The notes under the pieces were generated by a model that was not told the origin of the DNA, made no database searches, and worked only from the letters and a program-made list of their open reading frames with translations. A stretch of DNA of 59,109 nt from a virus, in the IMG/VR virus record IMGVR_UViG_3300029542_000004, positions 1 to 59,109 of that record; one strand, 5' to 3'. Both the position numbers and the translations under genes were made by a program. The number at the start of each line of letters is the position of its first letter. The stretch's first letter is position 1. Below are positions 17,439 to 24,554 of this stretch, piece after piece.

Positions 17439-17681
17439 TAAACAAAACTAACCTAATAGCTCTGTTTAAGCAAAAAATACGAAAAATTTCATTAAAGGGA
17501 AGAACCCTTAATTGCAGAAATGATACTATGTAACAGTTAGTCGGCACCTTTAGGCAGGGACATGCGTTATGATTTTCTGTTGTTTATTGGTAGAGTGTTG
17601 CCCGGCTGTTTACCCGACTTGTATCTCACGCAACACCTTGTAGCTGCTACCATATCTTACGCTATATTTTATTTCTGCAAG

Positions 17682-17754
17682 CTGGCTTGATAGGACTCGA
17701 ACCTACAACTACTTGATTAACAGTCAAGTGTTCTACCTGTTGAACTACAAGCCA
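17682..17754 (-). tRNA. tRNA-Asn (anticodon GUU)
   Basis: Acceptor TGGCTTG/CAAGCCA, D-arm GTTC-AACAGGTA-GAAC, anticodon arm CTTGA-CTGTTAA-TCAAG and T-arm GTAGG-TTCGAGT-CCTAT. Confidence 0.85.
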
Positions 17755-18105
17755 ATAATGAGGGTGAAGTCTAAGGAGTGGCAACACCCTCCGGAGATAT
17801 AAATTTGTATGTGCTGTAGGAAAAGAACTAGGAAACCTACAGCAAAGGACATGTGAGGGATTGCACCCCACCTAAGACTCACTGATTTGAGTTGCCCTAG
17901 TTTAACAATTAATTAAAGGGGGTATATATGTCTACTCTGCCTATTACAGATGTCTTTACGACAGGTTGGTTTTCACGCTCGTGTATTGTGGGATTATACA
18001 CGATTAAACCCTCACGAGCCTTGTGACGGCTCTTAACAGCTTTCCGCTATGAGGGCGAAAGGAACTACTAAGTCCAATGTCGGGGGAACCAAGTAAAACC
18101 CCGAA

Positions 18106-18178
18106 CAGGGCATGTTGGATTTGAACCAACGAAATGCGGGAATCAAAATCCCGTGCCTTACCGCTTGGCGAATGCCCT
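18106..18178 (-). tRNA. tRNA-Gln (anticodon UUG)
   Basis: Acceptor AGGGCAT/ATGCCCT, D-arm GCC-AAGCGGTAA-GGC, anticodon arm CGGGA-TTTTGAT-TCCCG and T-arm GTTGG-TTCAAAT-CCAAC. Confidence 0.85.
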
Positions 18179-18180
18179 AT

Positions 18181-18339
18181 TTACTGCCACATGAAAGCTA
18201 TGGCAAGTATCTGACCAAGCATAATCTCAACGCAAGTGAGCATTGCGGTAGTATCGGTTTTTTGGTTTAATGCTGAACCTGCCACCCCCAACACAGTTAC
18301 TATCAGCCATACTGTTGTTGCGATTTTTAATACAAACAT
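18181..18339 (-). CDS. Small membrane protein (52 aa)
   Basis: Hand-translated as MFVLKIATTVWLIVTVLGVAG... RBS GAGGTG. Ends 3 nt before tRNA-Gln. Confidence 0.4.
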   Translation of the reverse strand: MFVLKIATTVWLIVTVLGVAGSALNQKTDTTAMLTCVEIMLGQILAIAFMWQ

Positions 18340-18342
18340 GAT

Positions 18343-18792
18343 TTACACCTCATTTTCTTTAAATACTGACTCAGCTATGCACGCAAGAACTAAAAACACT
18401 ATTGAGACTACCATTGAGCATCGGTCAGAAAAGAGTATTCCGTAAAACATACAAAATAAAATTATCCATGTATACAGGCCCTTAAGAAACATTGGCATGA
18501 ATTTATAAACAATCTTGTCGAAAATCTTCCATTTGCGCTTAGATTTAAGCTCACGAGCCTTATCCATGTACCACTCTGCCTTGCTCATATCCTCTGCTAC
18601 AGAACCTTTATGTCCGGCACGATATTCATACTTGTATGCAGTAATCTCACACCATTTAGCCACATCCTTAAGCCCGTAAATGTCAATCATTTCATCAATG
18701 CACTCTTTATGATTAGGCAAGTTATAGTGGCTAGGGTGATTTACCATATCCGAATTAATTTTGCTAGACTCAAATCCTGTTAATTTCATCAC
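18343..18792 (-). CDS. DUF3310-family protein with a C-terminal TM extension
   Basis: HPSHYN...ECIDEM...AYKYEYRAGHKG...DMSKAEWYM matches the DUF3310 pattern. Confidence 0.6.
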   Translation of the reverse strand: MMKLTGFESSKINSDMVNHPSHYNLPNHKECIDEMIDIYGLKDVAKWCEITAYKYEYRAGHKGSVAEDMSKAEWYMDKARELKSKRKWKIFDKIVYKFMPMFLKGLYTWIILFCMFYGILFSDRCSMVVSIVFLVLACIAESVFKENEV

Positions 18793-19203
18793 TGTTAGCT
18801 CCTTTACTGTTATATATTATATATAACTGATATTTTATCATAATTGTATGTATATATATTATTATTGTGTATGTTGTTTAATTAATATACAACTTATGTT
18901 ATAATAATAAATACTGCTTGGCGCGATTTAGGGTATGAGTAAGAGTCTTTTTGTTTTTGAGGATATTTTGGGGGCTAAGTGGGGCGGTTTTTCACTTTTC
19001 ATATACACCCCCAGGGCGCCCAATACGTGCGCTGCTTAAGTCTCAAACATCAAGCATTTTAAATTGTATCTATTGCATGTACAATTCATCTCTATGCTTT
19101 CAACTCTTCGCTAAACAACTGTTTTGTGAATAGTTGTAATAATTCGATAGTCCGCAAAGCCTTATAAATCAAGGGCTTAGAATTGTATCTGTTGTATATA
19201 CAA

Positions 19204-19881
19204 TTACTTTGCATTATCAACCATGTTATTATCCGATAATGCTTTAATATTCTGACTATTTGAACCGCCCAACTGTGGTAATTCATTGGCGGTTAGTGCT
19301 CGTGCTTGCGTAGCCTCGTAGCCAACACCCGGTTGATTCATGGCAAATTCATTGTTGCCAACGAACATGGCGCCAACTGGACTATTAGCATCATATGCCT
19401 TGTCCGTGATGCAATCTCTGCGTGTTCCTTGCAGCTTTTTCCAAACATTAAAACTCGTAGAGCTTGGCGAATGTCCAGACCATAGGCTTATGGTAGTATC
19501 TGGTATATTAATAACATAGCTAAATGCTAATATACTACACAATTTATTATATATATTACTAAAATAAATATATTCATCACATATACTATTAATTAACTCA
19601 TAATCATATCTATTATTATTTGTCTCGGGGATAGCAGAATTATTATTATTATATAATTTTCTGTCTTTCAATACGCTAGTATCTGGAAATAGTATTTCTC
19701 CAACTCTTTTGCAGACAGCTTTCCAAGGTCTTTGACCCTCGGTTTTTAAATCATCAATCTTTAATTCTTCGCAGGCTCTGGAGATGGCATCCTCAAAGTC
19801 AGATCTGTACACTTGATAACTGCCACAATCAACAACTAAGTGTTCTGCTATATTTCCGCTGACTCTTTCTAATTCTGCCAT
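19204..19881 (-). CDS. Terminase small subunit-like (gp3_package-like) protein
   Basis: The segment ICDEYIYF...LAFSYVINIPDTTISLWSG...VGAMFVGNNEFAM resembles TerS HTH and C-terminal motifs, from memory. An AT-rich Asn run sits mid-gene. Confidence 0.4.
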   Translation of the reverse strand: MAELERVSGNIAEHLVVDCGSYQVYRSDFEDAISRACEELKIDDLKTEGQRPWKAVCKRVGEILFPDTSVLKDRKLYNNNNSAIPETNNNRYDYELINSICDEYIYFSNIYNKLCSILAFSYVINIPDTTISLWSGHSPSSTSFNVWKKLQGTRRDCITDKAYDANSPVGAMFVGNNEFAMNQPGVGYEATQARALTANELPQLGGSNSQNIKALSDNNMVDNAK

Positions 19882-20029
19882 TCTTTACACCTCCAATTCT
19901 TAAAAATAAAAAGCCTGCACAACCTAGAATTTAAAAGCTCTAAGCTGTACAGGCTAACCGGCATCTGCATATGCGCTCACACTTGGCAAAAGTATGTTCC
20001 GCGCTTAAATTGTTGATGTAAATATACAC

Positions 20030-20225
20030 CCTTAATATATATTTGTCAAATAGATTTTAAAATATTACTGGCTATATATTAAGCTAAATATATTTAATCA
20101 AGTATTATATATTTATATATTATATATATAATATTATATTTTCTTGTTTAATATTAAATAAATAAAAAATAAAGGGTTAATATAATATTATACTCTTCTA
20201 TAAAACCGTTAGGTTTTATTAATAT
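20030..20225. other. Extremely AT-rich tract; candidate DNA-unwinding element
   Basis: Long runs of TATATA and ATTA with almost no G or C, directly abutting the iteron block. Confidence 0.4.
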
Positions 20226-20230
20226 ATATA

Positions 20231-20311
20231 CTTACCTAACCTTACCTTACCTATACTACGGATACAGATTGTATACAGACCTGTATACATCATGTATACA
20301 TTTTGGATACA
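20231..20311. repeat. Origin-type iteron block, copy B (intergenic)
   Basis: CTTACCT repeats followed by five (G/T)GTATACA-type iterons. Their ATACA cores start at 20262, 20273, 20285, 20296 and 20307, a spacing of 11-12 nt. The block is homologous to 37571-37660. Confidence 0.55.
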
Positions 20312-20435
20312 ACCATCAATTTTCTTGTTTATTTTTCCACTCTATAAATTTTAAAGTTGCAAAAAATAAGCCTTGAGTGGCTCAAAAAAGAAATACCCGG
20401 CATAGTTGCCGCATGGTTCTTATTTTCCAAAATTT

Positions 20436-20468
20436 GCAATAAAAAGAGTCGTTCAAAAACGACTCTTT
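20436..20468 (-). terminator. Intrinsic terminator ending the 21474-20489 operon
   Basis: 11-bp stem AAAGAGTCGTT (20443-53) / AACGACTCTTT (20458-68) with loop CAAA. The minus strand continues TTTTTATTG. Confidence 0.6.
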
Positions 20469-20488
20469 GAAAAACAATATTTAATTTT

Positions 20489-20719
20489 TTATGCATCCAA
20501 TTCAATGCTAAATTCATCTTTAAGTGTCTTTTCAAACCCTGGCACTAATTCACAATACCTTTTTAAAAAACTCTCGTTTGAGCAGGGTGCAAGTTCAAAG
20601 TGCACACGCTCTCTTGTTTCGTCGTCCATGAGTGCAACAATTGCACTCATGATGTTATCATTAATTTTTTCACTCATTGTATATCTCCTTTCAAACTTCC
20701 ATCTTAATCCTCTTTGCAA
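20489..20719 (-). CDS. Hypothetical protein
   Basis: ORF in operon orientation. Confidence 0.45.
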   Translation of the reverse strand: MQRGLRWKFERRYTMSEKINDNIMSAIVALMDDETRERVHFELAPCSNESFLKRYCELVPGFEKTLKDEFSIELDA

Positions 20720-20949
20720 TCCTCTATTCTGAAAAATCCATTATCAATTTCCCCAACTTCTTTGTTGCCGTTGTAAAAATAAAAATCATCGGGGTCAAAT
20801 TGATATAGATTATATAGCGAGGTTTTGTTGGCAAGATATTTTTCGCCGTCTTTGCTAAGATAAAATTCTGTTACTTCGTTATCGATTGGACTAATTATTT
20901 TATCTCCATGCCTTAAGTTATCAAAACTCTCAATTTTTTTCCTACTCAT
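20704..20949 (-). CDS. Hypothetical protein
   Basis: ORF in operon orientation. Its C-terminus ..FRIEDCKED is paralogous to the next ORF's ..WRIEDCEEN. Confidence 0.45.
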   Translation of the reverse strand: MSRKKIESFDNLRHGDKIISPIDNEVTEFYLSKDGEKYLANKTSLYNLYQFDPDDFYFYNGNKEVGEIDNGFFRIEDCKED

Positions 20950-20975
20950 TTATATCTCTCCTTCCGGTTTCCACC

Positions 20976-21194
20976 TTAATTCTCTTCGCAATCCTCTATT
21001 CTCCAATTGGGCCTCATTCCTTGAGCTTCCCACACAAGATAATCTTTCATATCGTCAATATCTTCAATTTCCGCCCATTTGTCATGTTCCTCTTCAAACT
21101 CTGCGTTTGGTTCAAACCACGCTTTGACCTCTTCAAAGGTCTTTGGCTTACTATATTCGGCTCTGTTGTCTGCGTCAACTATTCTGTATTTCAT
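20976..21194 (-). CDS. Hypothetical protein
   Basis: ORF in operon orientation. It shares the RIEDCxE C-terminus with 20704-20949. Confidence 0.45.
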   Translation of the reverse strand: MKYRIVDADNRAEYSKPKTFEEVKAWFEPNAEFEEEHDKWAEIEDIDDMKDYLVWEAQGMRPNWRIEDCEEN

Positions 21195-21251
21195 ACTCTT
21201 TATACCTCCAATAAAATAAACTATTTCTTTGCTACGACATAACTATAACAT

Positions 21252-21669
21252 TTTGTGCCTTGTATGTCAATTACTTTTTTGTGCCTTATTTTAATATTTT
21301 TTCTTCGCGTTCTAATTTTTCCGCTACGGCTAATTTAATAAAATCGTTAGCACTGTATTTTAGGGCTTTAATTCTGTCTTTTGTGCCTTTAGCAAAGCGA
21401 CAGTTTACACGTTCAAATTTATCATCATATTTATAGTTGGCTTTTCTGCGTGCCTCTGTGGTCTTATATTCCATATGTTTTGTACCTCTTTCATCTATAT
21501 AGTTACATTCATTATATATTTTTGTGCCTTGTAAGTCAAGTAATAATAATTGCTTCTATATAATAGCGCTTTAAATATTTTTGTGCCTTGTATATATTGT
21601 ATAATAGTTTTATTGTTTTGTGCCTTACATTTTGTGTATTTTGTCAATTGTTTTGTGCCTTACATTTTG
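21252..21669. repeat. Six copies of TTTGTGCCTT flanking the RHH gene; candidate operators
   Basis: Copies start at 21252, 21278, 21521, 21580, 21617 and 21652. The last two sit inside a 23-nt direct repeat ATTGTTTTGTGCCTTACATTTTG (21612-34 and 21647-69). Confidence 0.6.
21286..21474 (-). CDS. Ribbon-helix-helix (Arc/CopG-like) DNA-binding protein
   Basis: 62-aa ORF. KFERVNCRFAKGTKDRIKAL fits a beta-strand followed by helices. Confidence 0.5.
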   Translation of the reverse strand: MEYKTTEARRKANYKYDDKFERVNCRFAKGTKDRIKALKYSANDFIKLAVAEKLEREEKILK

Positions 21670-21731
21670 ATATACTTTAGTCAAGTCGAAAGACAATGAA
21701 CAAAATAGTTTACAATATGGAGGTAAAAAAT

Positions 21732-21974
21732 ATGTTTGTATCAGTGAAAGACCTTACAGAAGCACTTGACCAGGATTTTATTTATCTTGCTGATGGTGTA
21801 GCGTCAAAAGAAGCGCACAGCAAAGAAGAGTTTGGCAAATGGCTGTCATATATTACCAATAAGATTAATAACAGGATTGAGAAATTAAAGCAAATCAGCA
21901 GTAGCGAAAAGCTAATTGCAAAATATGTTTGCAAAGCAAACAAACTAAAGGCGATGTGTTTGAAATCTGTATAG
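21732..21974 (+). CDS. Hypothetical protein (plus-strand island)
   Basis: The start is moved to the ATG at 21732, behind GGAGGTAAAAAAT. Confidence 0.45.
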   Translation: MFVSVKDLTEALDQDFIYLADGVASKEAHSKEEFGKWLSYITNKINNRIEKLKQISSSEKLIAKYVCKANKLKAMCLKSV

Positions 21975-22069
21975 CATAGCCGAAACGCTCCACCATGGAG
22001 CGCCCACCGCGGGGCGGTCGCCCGGCTCTGATGATGGCAGACCACAACGAAGAAAGCGAGGTTTTGAAC

Positions 22070-22294
22070 ATGAAAAAATATATTATGGTCGTAACGGATG
22101 AACAGATAAAGAGAAGCAAGGCACGCAGAAAAGCTGTCGAATCATTGGAGCATAACCCAATGTGTTACAACTGCAAGAGTTTCGGCAAGTCTTGCAATGG
22201 TTCAACAAATAAAATATATAGCGGATGTATCTATAAAGAGGTTGACGAATCGAAACCGTCTATATATGCACAGATTGCGGAACAAGTGAAATAG
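22070..22294 (+). CDS. Cys-rich hypothetical protein
   Basis: MKKYIMVV... with CYNCKSFGKSCNG...GC. The start is at the ATG after GAGG. Confidence 0.45.
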   Translation: MKKYIMVVTDEQIKRSKARRKAVESLEHNPMCYNCKSFGKSCNGSTNKIYSGCIYKEVDESKPSIYAQIAEQVK

Positions 22295-22381
22295 TCGAAA
22301 CAGCGGAATTTCCACCGTCTGCAGGAATTGCCCCACCTGCACCGATGAGACAGGGCGCGCAAAGAAAGGACGGTTGATTAT

Positions 22382-22657
22382 ATGACAAAAGCTGAACTAC
22401 TGAAAGAATTTGACAAACTGCAAAACGAAAAAGAAATACGCATTGAGGGCATACACTGCAATAGTAATAAAAGTACAATAAAAAATGCTATTGAGTGCCT
22501 AAAATGCCCGGATGAACTGTTAGAGAAATACTTAATGGTTGTAAGTCTCAAATATGAAAATATCGGGCGCACAATTGCAGAAAATGGAGACTTTAAGCGC
22601 CACTCTTTCAACCGGCTTTATGTATTTAATACAGCTAGACAGATTTTAGCAAATTAG
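22382..22657 (+). CDS. Hypothetical protein
   Basis: ORF in the plus-strand island. Confidence 0.45.
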   Translation: MTKAELLKEFDKLQNEKEIRIEGIHCNSNKSTIKNAIECLKCPDELLEKYLMVVSLKYENIGRTIAENGDFKRHSFNRLYVFNTARQILAN

Positions 22658-22677
22658 CATATCGGAGAGGACACAGC

Positions 22678-22770
22678 ATGAGAGATTTTATCGAGCTTTT
22701 AAAGGCTTTCGGGCTTTTCGTGTCATGCCTTGTTATTGGGTATGGCGGTTTGTTTTTATTTTTTTATTAG
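22678..22770 (+). CDS. 30-aa hydrophobic peptide (putative)
   Basis: Hand-translated as MRDFIELLKAFGLFVSCLVIGYGGLFLFFY. RBS GGAGAGG. Confidence 0.3.
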   Translation: MRDFIELLKAFGLFVSCLVIGYGGLFLFFY

Positions 22771-22783
22771 AGAGGTGGAGAAA

Positions 22784-22993
22784 ATGAAATACAATGAACC
22801 ATTAACAGAAGAATATTACGCAGAGCAAAAACGACTTTGGGACGAAATGAACAGTAGAAATAAAATTAACAATGCGTCAGTATTAACGAACGAGCAAAGG
22901 TTTGGAGTTCAAAATCCAATATTATCAAAAGAAGCAAGTTATTTTTTAGCATTAGGAGTAGCAAGGATTATAATTGATAAATTAGCAGAATAA
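22784..22993 (+). CDS. Hypothetical protein
   Basis: The start is at MKYNEPL, behind GAGGTGGAG. Confidence 0.45.
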   Translation: MKYNEPLTEEYYAEQKRLWDEMNSRNKINNASVLTNEQRFGVQNPILSKEASYFLALGVARIIIDKLAE

Positions 22994-23012
22994 GAGGATA
23001 TGCAACGTGAAT

Positions 23013-23033
23013 TATTATAATTCACGAGCTAAT
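23013..23033 (+). other. Perfect 9-bp hairpin
   Basis: CGTGAATTA-TTA-TAATTCACG, directly after the stop of 22784-22993. Confidence 0.5.
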
Positions 23034-23034
23034 A

Positions 23035-23094
23035 GCGATACTAATTAACATGGTGTATTTTAGCCGGTTCGAGTCCGGCTATTAGCTTTATATA
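23035..23094 (+). ncRNA. D-armless tRNA-like minihelix
   Basis: 7-bp acceptor GCTAATA/TATTAGC and a canonical T-arm GCCGG-TTCGAGT-CCGGC. Only 28 nt lie between them, forming the stem GATAC/GTATT with a 13-nt loop. Confidence 0.35.
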
Positions 23095-23399
23095 TAAGGC
23101 TTTTAAGGCCTTGTATTAATTAATTTAATATTTTTCATAGGTGCTTTTATATGGCTTTACGGCTGTATATATTGTACTCCGTCCGCGCGTCCGGTAAATA
23201 ATCGCGTCAAGAGGTCTTATAAATGCCTTTATATTTATATCAGGCTCAAGAGGTGCAACGCCTGAAAAAATAATTGTGCGCCCTTATAGGTGCTTTGCGT
23301 TATACACCTAATAAAAACAGATTAACGCACGCATGAACCGCGAGAAGGCCAAAAAGTAACATGTAAACCATGTACTAAAACAGAAAAGAGGGTTAATGA

Positions 23400-23669
23400 A
23401 TGGTCAACGAGCTAAAAAGCCTTGATGCTGTAGAACGTGAAATAAGAGCGCGCTACAATGGAAAATATACGAGCGCGCCGGAATATCAGGCAAGCGAGCG
23501 CGCCACACGTAAAGCAATAACGGACATTTTTAGAACTGTCGCAGAGTCGGGCACGTGTGACGATATTACCGCGCTTATTAGTGGCAAGGAATACCGCCGG
23601 ACGGCTTTCTCCAATTATCTACAGCATAAAAACTATATAAGCCCAATAATTAAGGCTTGTTATAGATAG
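23400..23669 (+). CDS. Hypothetical protein
   Basis: ORF with RBS AGAGGG. Locally richer in GC. Confidence 0.45.
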   Translation: MVNELKSLDAVEREIRARYNGKYTSAPEYQASERATRKAITDIFRTVAESGTCDDITALISGKEYRRTAFSNYLQHKNYISPIIKACYR

Positions 23670-23679
23670 GGGGTGTATT

Positions 23680-23934
23680 ATGTCTAATTATGAATACTTG
23701 GGGAAAAAAGAAATATATAAGCGAGTTCAGGCGCTAGGCTATGAAGTATCGAAAATAAGCGATTTTAATTATATCAAGTATGACTGCATAGAGTGGATGG
23801 AGTCGCACGAGTTAAAAATAACAGTTCAAAGATCCGGTGAATGGTTGCAAGTTGTCGAAAAGCGTGCGCACGTTCACCCGGTTACGCTTTTTTGCGACTA
23901 TCAAGCCGGGAAATATATCACGCGTTACCACTAG
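23680..23934 (+). CDS. Hypothetical protein
   Basis: ORF 10 nt after the previous stop. Confidence 0.45.
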   Translation: MSNYEYLGKKEIYKRVQALGYEVSKISDFNYIKYDCIEWMESHELKITVQRSGEWLQVVEKRAHVHPVTLFCDYQAGKYITRYH

Positions 23935-23955
23935 GGATATCTTATATCCCTTTTT
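23934..23955 (+). terminator. Intrinsic terminator of the plus-strand island
   Basis: GGGATAT-CTT-ATATCCC followed by TTTTT. Confidence 0.7.
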
Positions 23956-24080
23956 GCCGTGCCAAAAATCAAGTGCGCAGCCGTTGGAGCTGTCGCAAGT
24001 TGTCCGGCTATAAGTCCGGGTGCTGTCGTACATTGACAAATTAACAAAAATATTCTATGATTTTATGATATACACATTTA

Positions 24081-24216
24081 AAGCCGTGTATTTGAAGTTT
24101 TAAGGGCTTTTAAGCGTGCTAACGTGGATTTTATCGAGTGCGCTATAATAAGCCGTAAAACAAGCCGTTTACAACGCTTTGCGATATAGCTGTAGAGCTT
24201 TAAGCCGTCAAGCCGT
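24081..24216. repeat. Five copies of AAGCCGT in a non-coding stretch
   Basis: Copies at 24081, 24150, 24162, 24202 and 24210, read directly. Confidence 0.5.
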
Positions 24217-24410
24217 GCCGGGTGTGAGTTGTTACAAGTCAGGCACACCAACTCACGAAAAATGTTTGAATTTTCAGAAAACTTCACTCAATTAAAGCGT
24301 GGTGCGAGTTCTTTGCAAGTTCTCGACAAGTTTTTGTAAAATTTTGCAAACGGATTTTTGAAATCGAAAAATCTAAAAGGTACGGGGGTATCAAAATATT
24401 TTAGGATTTT

Positions 24411-24554
24411 TTAGGATTTTGAATTTTGAATTGCCAAAAAATAAATGCTCTTAGCACTGTAGTCGCTCTCTCCTAGCTTCTCAATCAATTTCTGCCGTGT
24501 CATTTCCGGATTAGTCCGGTGTATATATTCTAATAGCCTGTCTATTTTATCCAT
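24411..24554 (-). CDS. Small hypothetical protein (47 aa)
   Basis: The start is moved to MDKIDRLLEY, overlapping the upstream stop. Confidence 0.35.
   Translation of the reverse strand: MDKIDRLLEYIHRTNPEMTRQKLIEKLGESDYSAKSIYFLAIQNSKS

Larger units (their letters stand above)
16638..18180 (-). ncRNA. About 1.5-kb ORF-free tRNA array with long hairpin-dense spacers; candidate large structured RNA
   Basis: No credible ORF. Contains three canonical tRNAs plus tRNA-like elements. Several 7-8-bp helices were read directly: 16748-54/16805-11, 17102-08/17114-20, 17284-90/17309-15, 17760-66/17785-91 and 17813-20/17836-43. Confidence 0.3.

Noticed and set aside
16687-17871. ORFs 16687-16941 (+) and 17662-17871 (-) as protein genes
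   Set aside because: They run through tRNA and tRNA-like sequences and lack ribosome-binding sites. The region is treated as RNA-coding.
16638-18180. Stop-codon reassignment supported by phage tRNAs
   Set aside because: No tRNA with a CUA, UUA or UCA anticodon was found. Long genes (TMP, portal, TerL, fibre) are intact under the standard code.
20329-20732. ORFs 20329-20535 (-) and 20406-20732 (+)
   Set aside because: They overlap a strong terminator hairpin and a better-supported minus-strand gene, and they have no RBS. They are likely spurious.
20231-21669. A CRISPR array formed by the short direct repeats
   Set aside because: The repeats are 7-10 nt iterons or operator boxes with irregular spacing and no repeat-spacer periodicity. 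No cas genes are present.
21975-22070. The GC-rich island segment as the missing DGR template repeat
   Set aside because: It shares only two 9-mers (ACGCTCCAC and CCACAACGA) with the RBP 3' end. Their spacing differs and the sequence between them is unrelated. A TR should match at all non-adenine positions.
24078-24287. 69-aa minus-strand ORF in the non-coding gap
   Set aside because: It has no RBS, is isolated, and coincides with the AAGCCGT repeat cluster and hairpins. The region is more plausibly regulatory or RNA.
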